Assembly (NCBI GenBank): GCA_008632985.1
Contig: QPGO01000191.1
Location: 1 to 64,000, forward strand
DNA length: 64,000 nt
Origin: Psammoneis japonica
Lineage: Eukaryota
Direction: 5' to 3'
Made by a program: the position numbers and the translations under genes
Notes under the pieces: model-generated
What the model saw: only the letters and a program-made list of their open reading frames with translations
Told to the model about the DNA's origin: nothing
Databases searched by the model: none
Shown here: positions 1 to 11,816 of the stretch, piece by piece
Layout: every line of letters begins with the position of its first letter
Position numbering within the stretch: position 1 is the first letter of the stretch

Positions 1-2188
1 AGAACGAGAACTGGCCAGAGCAACACGCATTCGCGGGCATTTTGAGCCCACTCCATCGATTGCTGTGCCGGATTCACCCACTTCTCGCGACGACGTCACC
101 GATCAAGTCGCACCTGCGACTCAGCAGCCAACGCCACCAGTCCCACCTGCGACTCAAACTCCTGCAGACTCTGCGGACTCTACGCCAATTCAGCCACCTG
201 AACCTCAAGACAGCAACGGACTTCCGCCACCCGAAGCGCCGACGGAACCAACAGCTCCTCCCCCAGTCGAGACACCTCCTGTGACGAATCCAGAGGGAGC
301 ACCAGGGCTGCGACGGTCTTCACGGTCAACCAAGGGACAGTTCAACTCTGCCAAGTTTGTAGATGAGGTCTGCTTCAGCTCCGTCGAGGAAATGCCGCCA
401 CCGATCGGACACGAGGCTCAACTGGCGTACCTGGCGACTCTCGAGACGGATTTGGACAGTGGTGCCATCAATGTCGGCGATCCACGAGCCTGCGCAGCTA
501 GCAAGAAAACCAAGGACCCTGATGTGCCTTCGTTGCACAATGCTCTGAAAGGTCCGGACGCCGACGAATGGATTGAGGCGATGAAAATTGAAGTCAACGC
601 ACTCACACATCGTCGAGCCTGGAAAGCAGTCGAGCGTCAGCCGCGTGTGAATGTACTTCCAGGCACATGGGCACTGAAGCTCAAGAGACTCCCAGATGGA
701 ACCCCTCTCAAGCATGAGGCCCGATGCTGCGTCCGCGGTGATTTGCAGAAAGAAGGAGTCGACTGCTTCGAAACCCACGCGCCGGTTGTGCAATGGTCCA
801 GTGTCCGACTCATGCTCACTGCGGCATTGAAGGAGGGATGGACTGCATGACAGGTGGACTGTGCCACAGCCTTTTGCCAAGCTGATGTCGCCGAGGAAGT
901 TTGTGTGACACTGCCGAAGGGATTTGCGCCAAGGTCGGGACTCAATGTGGTTCTCAAACTTTTGAAAGGACCACACGGCCTAAAACAGTCTCCCAAGGGC
1001 TTCTACGAGAAGCTACGAGCTGGTTTAACCGAGCGCGGATGGGTGCCTTCAGCCACAGATCCCTGTTTGTATTTCAAAGAGGGCATGATGTGTGTGGTGC
1101 ACGTCGACGACACCGTTTTTGCTGGAGCTTCAGCTGAAGCTCTAGAAGCCGAAATTCGCAAGTTAGGAGTCTCCGACGACGAACATCGCCATGCATTTGA
1201 ACTTAGAGACGAAGGAGAAGTCGGCAACTTTCTCGGCATCAAGATCGAAAAGCTCTCCGAGGGTCGATTTCTGCTCACTCAACCCGGTCTAATTGACAAG
1301 GTCCCACGCACCACACAGATGCAGGATTGCAATGGAGCATCTGCTCCAGCTCTGCCTGCGGCTGTTGGTGCCGACACGGACGGCCTGCCTTTTGATGAAC
1401 CCTGCGATTGTCGCTCAGTTGTTGGAATGTTGATGCACTTGGCAGCGAACAGCCGGCCAGACATTGCACATGCCACACATCAAGCAGCTCGATTCTCGTT
1501 TGCGCCCCGAGCGTCCCACACTGCTGCAGTGAAGCGGATGCTCCGATGCCTCAAAGCAACTGCCACTGAAGGTCTCATTCTCAAGCCCACGCAAGATCAT
1601 CGAGTTGATTGTTACGTCGATTCTGACTTCGCGGGGTCATTTGGTGTGGAAGATGGTCAAGACCCAGTTTCTGTCAAGTCCAGGACTGGATGCCTCATCT
1701 GCTGCGCCAGCTGCCCGCTTGTCTGGGTGTCCAAGCTGCAGACTCTTGCAGCATTGTCGACTGTGGAAGCGGAACATGTCGCACTTTCTCAAGCCATGCG
1801 CGATCTCATCCCCACTCGTGAAGTTCTCAAGGAGCTCAACCACCACGCACTCGGAAAGTCTGACCGCCAAAACCCCATCACGACTCACTCCAAGGCTTTT
1901 GAGCTCGCAACCCAAGGCACCGATGACTCGCCTGTAGAGCAGAATGTCCCACCTGCGTCCGTTGTGTACGAAGATAACTCCGCGTGCCTCAAGTTCGCAC
2001 GTGTGCCCAAGTTGTCTCCGCGAACCAAACACATCGGCATCCCGCACCACTGGTTTAGGACTAAAGTCGAACAATTGGAGATCGATGTCCAACCTGTCAG
2101 CACTCTAGAGCAACTGGCCGATCAGTTCACGAAGGGACTACGGACCGATGCGTTCCGCACGGCTAGAAAGGCTCTTATGGGCTGGTGA
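1..2188 (+). mobile_element. Ty1/Copia (CoDi-like) LTR retrotransposon, 3' part of pol (RT + RNase H), degenerate; 5' part lies outside the window
   Basis: ORFs 65-850 and 854-2188 carry Copia RT motifs (WALKLKRLPDG..KHEARCCVRGDLQ, GLKQSP, CVVHVDD) and RNase H motifs (YVDSDFAG, KSRTG, ALSTVEAE, YEDNSAC, RTKHI, QLADQFTKGL). They are joined across a TGA at 848-850, likely from CGA. Confidence 0.95.
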
Positions 2189-2200
2189 GCTCTCTCGGTT

Positions 2201-2451
2201 GAGAGGGAGAGTCACGACTCAACGTCATTCTGGTCGCATCTCACGACTACAACCCAGACTCAGATTTTCTCTTCGAAATAATTAGCTCATCACAAAATCG
2301 ATTCAAACAGAAGCAACGACATTCGTCATAATTTCTGGACAACGACTTTCAACAAGCGTCTGTTTACCTCTGTCGCTATTCATATTGCTACCAACCTCCG
2401 AGGTCTTATCCATCCTACTCAGCTGTAGGACTGTATCTCGACTATTTCGAC
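2201..2451 (+). repeat. Polypurine tract plus probable 3' LTR of the Copia element
   Basis: GAGAGGGAG lies 12 nt after the pol stop, followed by ~240 bp of non-coding sequence ending ...TTTCGACA. The LTR end is inferred because the 5' LTR is not in the window. Confidence 0.55.
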
Positions 2452-2689
2452 AGCCCACTTTTTTTTTTACCTTTTTGTTTTTTCCAATTTTCGTTCGGAC
2501 AGCACACACACCCATGATCAATGGTCATAGACCTCTTTGATCCTGCTTGATCATTGATCATCTTCAATCTTCCTATCTTTGACACCAAAGCACAACTCAA
2601 GATGATGGCAGATCGGCGTGATTGGAGAGAATTCCATCCAAATCCCCCCTGCAGTATGTGTTAGGAAGAGCTGAACTTCAATATTTTCT

Positions 2690-4066
2690 CACAATGCGAT
2701 TCTTTCGGACGTCTCTTGGCTTTCTCAGTTCATTGCCAGCAACAGCAAGCACCTGTCTGTGCTTCTACAGCTGTAAAACTAGAACGAGACGGGGCTCCTG
2801 TATCCGGAGTTTGAAGATATCATATGAATAAGTATTGGTTTCGGGATGGACATACTCAAAGTTTGGCACACAATACAAAGATGCAGGGGACGAGTGTGAG
2901 CTGGCCGACGTTATCGGCGTGAAGCACTGTTTTGCTATGTAGACTACACCAAAGTACCAAAGCGTCGAATGTCGACAACTTTTGTCTGACCACGCTCTTT
3001 CGTTCTTTGTTGTCAATAGTCGATCGGTTGTACCCATGATTTTTTACTGCTATTGCAGCAATACCACTCGGAAAAACTAGTCTCGTCATCGATGACTGCA
3101 TTTGCCCAACAGTCGGCGGCACTGTTGTGATCTCGGCAAACGTGTCTTCGAGGAGTCGCTAGCACTGAAAGCAAAGAGGTCTTCTAATTAACGGTATCCC
3201 CCAACAACTATTTTACTACTAATATGATGTCTTTACAGCTATTGGTGATAAACCCACGTGCTTCCCCGTCTCCCCTGCCTTCTCCGGCAGGTTGAATGTT
3301 GCTTCACGACCACTCGGCAGAACTTTCTCCCCAATCAATGGCTTCCTTGGCCAGCTCGTCCGCGAACTGGTTACGATCACGGTAAATGTGCTCAAAGTCC
3401 GAGTCAAAATTAAAGTCATCAAGCATTTTTCGACAACGCCTGTAGAGCGGTCTTAGACGTGCGGAACGAACTTGGTAATCACCCTTCAAGTGCTTAATGA
3501 CCAATTCCGAATCTCCCTCGACTTGTAGAGTGTTGCGAATCTGAATGCCTTCGTCGCGAATGAACTTCAATCCATGCAAAACGCCCATGTACTCTGCAAC
3601 GTTGTTTGTGGCGTACGTTCCAATGTAGTGGCGACCTTTAGCGACCACCTTGCCCGTCGTTCCGTCCAGGAGCACCCATCCACTTCCCGAGACCCTGTCG
3701 CGGCCACGACAGGCACCATCAAATCGAAGGATCACAGTGTGATAGTACACCATTATTTGGAGTAAGGAGTAAAGTCTGCAACACGAAGGTTAAGAAAAGA
3801 AATGCGATGTAGTCCTCGTTGTTGAATAGAGTCGACAGAGGAAAATGACAACGGAGAAGCAGATGAGAAGCGTGTAGCGTGTACAAGTACATTATCTTCT
3901 TGACGTGGAGCGTGGACCGTGTTTGAGACGTGGTCGTGTTGGTTGTGATGAACAACAACGAGAGGGGCGAGGTTTTTAGATCCAAGAGATCGGAGATGTC
4001 ACGTTTTGTAGCCGTTGTCGTAGGAATTGTACTGAGATCTCGCGTGTAGAAAGTTCGTGGTCGAGA
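2690..4066. repeat. Copy A of a ~1.4-kb local direct duplication (RNase HI gene plus flanks); copy B is at ~6612-8021
   Basis: Collinear alignment by eye, e.g. 3809-3860 gtagtcctcgttgttgaatagagtcgacagaggaaaatgacaacggagaagc vs 7752-7803 gcagtcctcgttgttgaacagagtcgacagaggaaaatgacaacagagatgc. Confidence 0.9.
3304..3753 (-). CDS. Ribonuclease HI (archaeal/actinobacterial-type RNase HI-like), intact copy A
   Basis: Motifs FDGACRG, TNNVAEY, EGDSELVI and HIYRDRNQFADELA contain all four acidic catalytic residues. Confidence 0.9.
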   Translation of the reverse strand: MVYYHTVILRFDGACRGRDRVSGSGWVLLDGTTGKVVAKGRHYIGTYATNNVAEYMGVLHGLKFIRDEGIQIRNTLQVEGDSELVIKHLKGDYQVRSARLRPLYRRCRKMLDDFNFDSDFEHIYRDRNQFADELAKEAIDWGESSAEWS

Positions 4067-4095
4067 ACGAAATGCAACCCGCCATTCTGATTCCA

Positions 4096-4995
4096 TCATG
4101 ACTTTGCCTCATGGGCCTTGATGAATTCCAATATGTCGGCGCTGACTCTCTGCTTGTCCATGGCAACATCCAAGTGCCCCTTGCCCTCGTACATTTTCAA
4201 TGTACAATCTGGGATAAGCTCTACAGTTTCATTGGTATATTCAACGGGGAAATATGCATCCTTCTCCCCTGCAATGAGTAGAACTGGGACCTTGATCTTG
4301 AGAAGAACATCGCGAGCGTCCATGGCCTTTTCTGCCTCGGCTTCGACCATGACATCGGAAGCGGCATATTCATGAGGAGCATGAGTGCCGTACATCATTT
4401 TCATCATAATGCCACCGGTTAGTCCTGCCAGGAATGAAGGCCAAGTGGGGAAGATGGCCTTGGATATCTCCTTTCCAGCGGCAAATGGCTTGCCTTCACT
4501 CATCTTTTGGGCAAAGGCATAGTCTATGGCTGCGCCTTTTGGTTCAACTGCGTAGGCCGCCACCACGATGACGATATGCTCAAAGCAGTCGGCATGATTG
4601 GCTGCTAGGTATTGACCAATCATACCACCATAGGATACCCCAACAATTAAATCCGCTTTGCCTTCCTCCACATTTTCCGCAATACAATCCGCATAATCCT
4701 TGGCAACATCTGCCACTGTATGTCCTAGTGGCATGTTGCGTTTGCGAGCAATGGTAATAATCTTTCCAAAACCCGTTCCTTTTTCTAGCAAAGGTAGCAG
4801 GAGTCCCATTTCCACCTTGCCGCCCCATCCAGTGCTGGGAGCGGGATTGCCAGGTCCACCTGGAATGTTTATAATGGTCTTTAGTTGTTTCGAGGCAACA
4901 GCATCATCGCTGTGCTTTCTTTCGAGCGATGCCCACGCCATGCCATTGTCAAAGATGCCGCTGTCCCAAGATCTTTTGGCCCAACAGACTGTCAT
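4096..4995 (-). CDS. Alpha/beta-fold hydrolase
   Basis: GVSYGG nucleophile elbow, PVLLIAGEKD acid and GKGH catalytic His. Confidence 0.85.
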   Translation of the reverse strand: MTVCWAKRSWDSGIFDNGMAWASLERKHSDDAVASKQLKTIINIPGGPGNPAPSTGWGGKVEMGLLLPLLEKGTGFGKIITIARKRNMPLGHTVADVAKDYADCIAENVEEGKADLIVGVSYGGMIGQYLAANHADCFEHIVIVVAAYAVEPKGAAIDYAFAQKMSEGKPFAAGKEISKAIFPTWPSFLAGLTGGIMMKMMYGTHAPHEYAASDVMVEAEAEKAMDARDVLLKIKVPVLLIAGEKDAYFPVEYTNETVELIPDCTLKMYEGKGHLDVAMDKQRVSADILEFIKAHEAKS

Positions 4996-5199
4996 GTTGA
5001 TTGGTTTGCTGTTGAGGGTATGATGCTGTTGTTGTGTTAGGTTGTGTTAGTTTTAAGGATGAGATAGAAGACAGCATCAAGTAAGACGGCTTCGTTTTGG
5101 GTTTCAATCGTTTTATTGTGCTTGGTGATGTTGATTGATAGGATAGAAGATGCCTTGTACCGTATGGTCTGCTCATCTGTCCACCAAAGCCAAAAATTG

Positions 5200-6610
5200 A
5201 ACAAAAAGCAAAAAGCCACCCCCACTTTTCTCTCCTCGAACCACAGAGCTCCCCCATGTGCCGTGCAATTGCTGCACCGCATTGACAATGTGGCTGTGCT
5301 GTTGGAAAGACGGTGCAGAGGCAGCAGGTGCCACTGCTCCTGCTGCAGCGAGAAGTGATGGGGACGCCAGTGGCAGTTTGTCAGCTGCCACCACAGGCCC
5401 TCCTCTTTTTCTTGCCCTGGCCGCTGTCTTTTGGAGGGGGGTGCCAGCGGCGCTCCCAGTGAAGATGGTTGTCGCAAATTTGCTGTCATGGCTGAGATGG
5501 TGGAACTGGCATTGTGCTGCAGTTTGGAGTGCTGTTGTGTTGGCAGCAATGACAATGAAGGTGTGATGTCAGCAGCAGATTGTTGCTGTTTTGTTGCTGC
5601 TGTCGAGGCTGCTCTGGTTTCTTTTTGAAGCTCTTGCTGTCCCTGCTTCACATGTCCTGACCGCATGGAAAACAAATTTCTGGCAGGTTGTCAGCCAAAA
5701 TCTGCACAGTGGACAGACCATGGATGGCCTTGTGGCGGCCCTCCCACTGGCTTGCCTTGCACTGAAATGTGGAGCATGATCGCAGATTGACCGCTTCAGC
5801 ACCCGGAGCAAGCTGCAGCACAATGAAGAAAAAAGCAGTGCATCTTGTTGTTGTAACCACCTTTCTTGTCTTCTGCATTGTTGTTGCCTCCCTTGCTTTT
5901 GAAGTCATTGCCAGCATTGCTGCTTTGACCATCAAACAACAGTTTGGCAAGAAAAGGTTCAGGTGCACTGAATTCAGGGGTCTCCAAGCTGAAAATGAGC
6001 AGCCACACAGCTGGGCTTCACAAAAGTGCTTCCACTCCAAACAGCCATTGTCCAACAAGCCTTTGACTGTGACTTTGAGAAAACTGGTGGGATGTTGAAA
6101 GAGCCCTCCTCCATCTCGAACTTCGTTCCAACCACACTGGAGAGCTGCCCCCAGCAAACGTGCTGCTCAGCACGCTTCATTGGCAGTGTGGTGGCATTGT
6201 GCCATTCTGACATTGCAACTGGAATTCACACTCAGGTGCGTGCACTGGCATGACAGTTGCTGTGAGGTGCAAGCCATCACAGTGATTTGCTTTGGGGTTC
6301 TCTGTGCTGGCAACTTGCTGCATCACACCTTGGGGCAGCTGGGTGCAGAGCAGGCCCAGCTGCACACCAGTGCAGGCTGCTTCCAATTGGCAGGCATCAT
6401 GGCTTTGGAAATCTTGCTTCTCAGGACAAAGAGCCCTGGAAATGCACCACTGGGGTGGCTGGGGTCAGTGCTGAGCAGTGGAGTGACAAGGGCCAAGAAG
6501 CTGGGTGTGCAAGTGATGGCGCCAGTGACCAAAAAGAACAAGGAGCACCTTTTGAAGTTGGCCACAAGAACCTCATTCACTTCCACAAGAAAAACTTTCC
6601 ATGTGTTGGG
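5200..6610. repeat. Degenerate TpA- and CpG-depleted segment, probable TE remnant of unidentified family
   Basis: Almost no TA and few CG dinucleotides; overlapping Cys/His-rich, Tyr-free ORFs in all frames; no recognisable domain. Confidence 0.5.
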
Positions 6611-7241
6611 CGCAATGTGATTCTTTAGGACGTCTCTCGGCTTTCTCATTTCATTTTCAGCAGTGCAAGCAGCAAGTGCCTGTGAATGTCTGTGCTTCCA
6701 GCTGTCAAACTAAAAGAGTCGGGGAACTTGTGTTTCGGAGTTTGAAGACATGAGTGAGCTTTGGTTCTGGGATGGGCATGCTCAAAGTTTGGAACACAAT
6801 GCAAAGTTGAAGGGCACGAGAATGAGCTGGTCGACGATGTCGGCGTGTTGCAGTGTTTTGCCATGGCATGTGCACCAAAGCATCGAATGACGACAGCTCA
6901 CACCTGACCACTCTCTGTCATTCTTTGTTGTCGACAGTCGATCAGTTGTGCCTGTGATTTTTTACTGCTGTTGCAGCAACACCACTTGGAAGAACCAGTC
7001 TCATCATCAATGGCTTCATTGGTCAAACAGTCGGCGACGCTGTTGCGCTCCCGGTGAACGTGCTAAAAATCATTGGACATCGATTTCTTCTAGAAGTCAT
7101 TGTGCACTGAAAGTAAAGAGTTCTTCTAATTGTCCCACAACAACCATTTCTGCCACTGCTGTGATGTTTTGGTGGCACTTGGTCACAAACACATGCTTTC
7201 CCCCGTCTCCCCTGCCTGCTCTGGCCAGTTGAATTTGCAGC

Positions 7242-7691
7242 TCACAACCACTCGGCAGAACTTTCCTGCCAATCAACAGCTTGGTTGGCCAGCTTGTCAG
7301 TGTGCGTGTTGCGATCACGGTGAATGTGCTTGAAGTCCACCACAAAGTCAAAGTCACACAGCATCTTTTGACAGTGGTTGTAGAGCGGTCTTAGACGTGG
7401 GGAATGCACTTGGCATTCACCCTTCAACTGATTGATGACCAGCTCCGAATCTCCCTGGACGTGCAGCATGTTGTGAATCTGAGTGCCTTCATTGCGAATG
7501 AACATCAATCAACCCAAAACACCCGTGCACTCCGCAACATTGTTGGTGGCTTCTGCTCCAATGTGGTGTCGACCTTTGGCAACCACCTTGCTGTTCTTTC
7601 CGTCCAGAAGCACCCATCCACTTCCCGAGTCCCTGCTCCCGCCACGACAGGCACCATCAAATCGAAGGATCAAAGTGTGACAGCATCCCAT
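7242..7691 (-). pseudogene. RNase HI pseudogene (copy B), hypermutated
   Basis: Collinear with 3304-3753: MGCCHTLILRFDGACRG...TNNVAEC..., in-frame TGA at 7509-7511, then GDSELVI...HIHRDRN. Confidence 0.9.
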
Positions 7692-8980
7692 TTGGAGCAT
7701 AAAGTGCAAAAGTCTGCAACACGAAAAGGCAATGAACAGAAAGGTTGTGATGCAGTCCTCGTTGTTGAACAGAGTCGACAGAGGAAAATGACAACAGAGA
7801 TGCAGATGAGAAGCGTGTGGCGTGTGAACAAGCACAGCACCTTGATGTGGAGCGTGTGTTTGAGACGTGGGGTGTGATGAACAGCAACCAAAGGCGAAAT
7901 CCAACGAACGACCATTGCGATCCATGACAAAAAGTGACATCTGGAGTGTCACCGCACGCTTCGTAGCCGTTGCCGCAGGAACTGCACTCAAGATCTCGCA
8001 TGTAGAACGTTCGTTGGCGAGCAGTGCAATGTCGAAAAGATCCATGTGTGCAGCATGACGGACCACGACGTGACATGCCCGCCACCACTTTTTGGATCTT
8101 GCTGTTGCATTTGACTTCTTCTTTTGAGTTGACTCATTTGAATTTTTTGTGTCCCCTTTTCGTTTTTTCGAGAGTTTGCGATCGCCAGGAGGTGGCGTCT
8201 TGATGCACAAGGCAAGCAGCTCCAGCTCAATGAGTTCATTGGCCTTTCTGGAAGCTGCTGGTGATGGGACATTTTCTTTATCTTCCCTGTTGTTGGGACT
8301 TGGTAGAGACGTTGGTTCAAGATTGGCGGCGTGCAAAGCACGTGATTGGGCGACTTTCTCCGAAGCCGCGAGCCTTCGATGCGCACGCGGAAAACCCGGC
8401 ATCTTGGATTCTTTTGCAAATGGCATTTGATTCAACAGCAGCTTTTTCAACAATAGAGAGTGTTTCACAAACAATTTTCAGACAGTTGCTGGCCTTTTTC
8501 AAGTCACGTGCAGTGCTGTTTCTGTCGTCGAGAATTTGCCTGGCATCTCTCAAAATGACTTGCTGTTGACGGGTGGCTTGTGCAAGGTCGGCATTACGAA
8601 GCTGAGTTTCAAGTGATTTGTCTTTTGTAGACCTTCTAATGGTAGCATCACCATCTGTTTTAGTCATATTTTTTGTTGTAGCAATGAAGAGCTTTTGCGT
8701 TCATCCGAGATCGTTCTTTTTTTTTTCGTGTCGTTTTGTGTGTTGTTTTCGGCGCGTGCTCTCGGATGACTCGCACGAAGGTCGAACGCCCAAAATGACC
8801 TTTTGAGTGTCCATCTGCGCTCGGTGTCCATCTGCGCACGCCGGTAGCTTGGGGTGACTTCTTCGATCTTTTCCGTTTTCGCCCTTGACTGTGCTTGATT
8901 GCGATCAACGATCACAACGAACTGAACAACCTGCGAAACATTTTTTCACACAGTAACGTGAATGGTATTGCTCCAAGCCA

Positions 8981-9877
8981 ATGCTATCTTATTTTAAAGT
9001 GCCAAGGCTTATCAGCTTCATCTTTGTTATCCTGAACGTGGCATCTGCGTATACCAACGGCATGACATTCTCGACTCAAAACAATGTGCAAGTACGGAAT
9101 CGTCGTCAACAACCACAAGCGGCCGGTTCAACCCAACAAGTCCGCCCCAGCAGTCGTCGCGCCGGCGTTACACTATATGCGCAAGAAGGAGAAGGTTCAT
9201 CAAAGCACAAGGCAAATTATTTGTCACTAGTCTCGCGACCCCACGAGAGAGGTATATTTGCATTCTATGCATTGGTTGGGATGGCCGTGTCCACGTTGAC
9301 TGAAAAGCAGGGCCTGTTTCAAGTTGGAATTGCGATAATGTGGGCATCCTTTGTCTTGGCTATTTCATTCATGGAAGCTTGGGTCAAGTTCAAAGCGCCG
9401 TTTCTTAACAAATATGTTGCCGTCGATGTGGGTCGCCACGTGTTTGCCGCGCTCCAATCCGCAGAACTCGGCATGTGCACGGCTCTGTGGTTCTCGTGCA
9501 CACGGCTACTAGCGAGTGGATTTAAATGGAGGCCACGCTTTTCGGCTCTAACCATTGCAACCGCGTGCCTGGTGGGAGAAGCGCTCTTCGTTGCTCCCCG
9601 CCTCTATCTGCGAGCCAAGGCACGAATTGTAGAGGGATTTCAAAGTCTCCCGCCAGACGTGAAAGATGGTCTCTTGAGTAAGGAGCAAGAAAAAGAACTC
9701 GACAAGGTTTCTCGTGATGTGGATGAGCGCAAGGATTCCATGCCTTCAAAGAAGTGGCATTCAGCATACGGAGTACTCGAACTTGTCAAAGTGGTGGCTC
9801 TTGTATTCTTTGCGGTTGCCTCTTGGTTTGAACTTTTCTGCGATGTACTGGTACATTACGCCCCAAAGGGATGGTAG
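8981..9877 (+). CDS. Signal-peptide-bearing multi-pass membrane protein, DUF4149/TMEM205-like
   Basis: N-terminal hydrophobic signal, ~4-5 TM segments and the motif FMEAWVKFKAPFL..VDVGRHVFAAL. Confidence 0.65.
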   Translation: MLSYFKVPRLISFIFVILNVASAYTNGMTFSTQNNVQVRNRRQQPQAAGSTQQVRPSSRRAGVTLYAQEGEGSSKHKANYLSLVSRPHERGIFAFYALVGMAVSTLTEKQGLFQVGIAIMWASFVLAISFMEAWVKFKAPFLNKYVAVDVGRHVFAALQSAELGMCTALWFSCTRLLASGFKWRPRFSALTIATACLVGEALFVAPRLYLRAKARIVEGFQSLPPDVKDGLLSKEQEKELDKVSRDVDERKDSMPSKKWHSAYGVLELVKVVALVFFAVASWFELFCDVLVHYAPKGW

Positions 9878-9918
9878 CAGTTTCTACGTGTATGCTTTCA
9901 AGGCTATCTTTTCAGAAG

Positions 9919-10008
9919 GTTAAAGTTGAGTTCCATTTCGGAGTCCAAGCAAGGTTTTGCTCTCTACTGAATGTGTGCTATAGCTATTTGTGCGACTTTT
10001 GCGTACAT
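9919..10008 (+). repeat. 90-bp imperfect direct repeat, left copy
   Basis: Ungapped 81/90 identity to 15953-16042 (manual alignment). Confidence 0.9.
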
Positions 10009-10219
10009 GTTGTGACCGACCGTTCCCCGGTTCTTTCGCCTGTCTGTCCTTTCGGATACGCCGAACTCCCCCGCGCTGCTCCATAGCATAGGCAGATACA
10101 AAGTCTTCGCTAGGTTAGAGACAACACTACCCTAGCTTCCATAAAAGGGAAAAGAAAATATCTTATTACAACTCTTACAAGAGACGATTGCTGTACTCTT
10201 TACCATTCTTTCAATCAAT

Positions 10220-11326
10220 TCATGGGGCCGTGATGGGCAAGGAATTTTGATCATTTTGATTCTCAATTACAATGGTCGCGGGATACCCTGTGAATTGCCG
10301 TGGTGGAACCCCTCGACGCTCCAACTCTCGTTGGATGGCTGCTTTGCGATCAATTTTGGTACAAAGTTCCTGCCGACACAATGGACACGTAGTACTACTC
10401 GTTTCGTGACGAATCCATCGGATAGTGCATTCCAGGTGAAAACTGTGGCCGCATAGCAGAGTGCAAGTGTTGCTCGAGACCTCCACCTCATCGCTTGCTT
10501 TCTGCGCCGACTCGCAGGGACCAAAGCAAATACTGCAATTGTCCTTTCTTTGCGCGTTGGCAGGATCAATCCCTTTAGTAAGCGCAAGTTTTGGCTGTTG
10601 CTGAGATACGGTCGCTTGGAAGCGAGAGATTTCTTGTTCATAGGCACGTGCCAGGGCAGCCTCAACGACTGCAAACTCCCCCGGCTGAATGTTGTAGGTT
10701 TGGTAGAGATTTTGGATTTGTACGTATCGGTGATTGGCCGCATCGAAATCCACAATTTTGTCGTGAGTCAACAATTGGCAGCCCAATTCTAGAATACGAA
10801 AGACAAAGTACACGTTCTTGCTCGACTTGTAGGGATCCTCCCAGCGATCCAGTACCCGTTTGGCCTTGATCCACGTGTATTCGGCATAACTCCACACCGA
10901 CTGGACGAGCTCCAACCGACTCTCTGCTTCTTTCCATGTCAATTGTTTCATTCGCGGATCTTGCAATTCCCTTAGGACGAAACGAGAGGGCAGATACGCA
11001 CACGTAATCATGGTCAAATCCATGGCCGCCAGCTTTTTGAACCAAAACGACTTGGCATAGACAGACACTTCGTACGGACCGAATTCGAATTGGGAATCCG
11101 GAGAGGCGCATTTTATTTCTCGTTTCAATTGGCCGTCGTCGTCATCTACAATGGCCAACAAGTCAATGTCCTTTGGGGTGTATCCTGGCGTGTTTTCCAA
11201 AAAGACAGAGGAGCCATGCACGTACAGGCCGATGCAGGGTCCCCACTCGTTGTCGATCTTGTGAATGATTTCTAGGATGGACGGATCAGCGCTAGATGTG
11301 TTGGTTGTAGTACTTGTACGGCACAT
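10220..11326 (-). CDS. Pol-beta-superfamily nucleotidyltransferase-like domain fused to a C-terminal RING-H2 finger
   Basis: YVHGSS...DIDLLAIV (GS/DxD motif), a helical region WIKAKR...SKNVYFVFRIL, and CSIC..CGHSFHLECTIRW..CPLCR. Confidence 0.75.
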   Translation of the reverse strand: MCRTSTTTNTSSADPSILEIIHKIDNEWGPCIGLYVHGSSVFLENTPGYTPKDIDLLAIVDDDDGQLKREIKCASPDSQFEFGPYEVSVYAKSFWFKKLAAMDLTMITCAYLPSRFVLRELQDPRMKQLTWKEAESRLELVQSVWSYAEYTWIKAKRVLDRWEDPYKSSKNVYFVFRILELGCQLLTHDKIVDFDAANHRYVQIQNLYQTYNIQPGEFAVVEAALARAYEQEISRFQATVSQQQPKLALTKGIDPANAQRKDNCSICFGPCESAQKASDEVEVSSNTCTLLCGHSFHLECTIRWIRHETSSTTCPLCRQELCTKIDRKAAIQRELERRGVPPRQFTGYPATIVIENQNDQNSLPITAP

Positions 11327-11816
11327 TTTTAGAATGGCTGCTGGTGTATGTTCAACGTTTGCACAGAATACAAATTGTGCATGTTTGGCCAGGTTGCTCG
11401 TTAGTCCTTTTTGGATTTTTTCAAACGTGCGTCGAACTGGGGGACGTCTTCGGAAGTGAGACTGTCGAAGAAAGTTACGTAGAATTTGTACTAAAACAGT
11501 CTGTCAATCAGTGCGATTGGGTATTTGGGACCTCTGGACAGATCCTACGTGTCTTCTTGTGCGTACAAATTGTACTGGGAAAACCCCCAAACGCACTGGC
11601 GATCAGACCGCCTTCGACGATCTCACTTCCATCCAAAGACGCCCCCCAGAACGTCAAACGTGCGTGAGGTAGGCCCCTACAGTATTGTGCGCGGGAGTCA
11701 CAACAAGCGGGAATGAGATATCCTCGTCTTGACACTCGACTCGACAACAAAAACACAAGAACGAACCGAAGCTTGTTCCGAAAAGGATTCATAACACTAC
11801 AAAGGACGTCTTAAGT

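Noticed and set aside
848..850. In-frame TGA in Copia pol as readthrough or selenocysteine
   Set aside because: The position corresponds to Arg in W..RQ.D, so CGA->TGA CpG decay is a simpler explanation.
5200..8600. Classical fungal RIP as the cause of repeat degeneration
   Set aside because: RIP converts CpA->TpA and enriches TA. Here TA is lost and CA/TG is gained.
7509..8667. 321-aa ORF 7509-8474 and 116-aa ORF 8317-8667 as functional genes
   Set aside because: They lie in the TA-depleted zone. The long ORF merges non-coding flank with the RNase HI pseudogene through stop-codon loss, and no domain was recognised in the short one.
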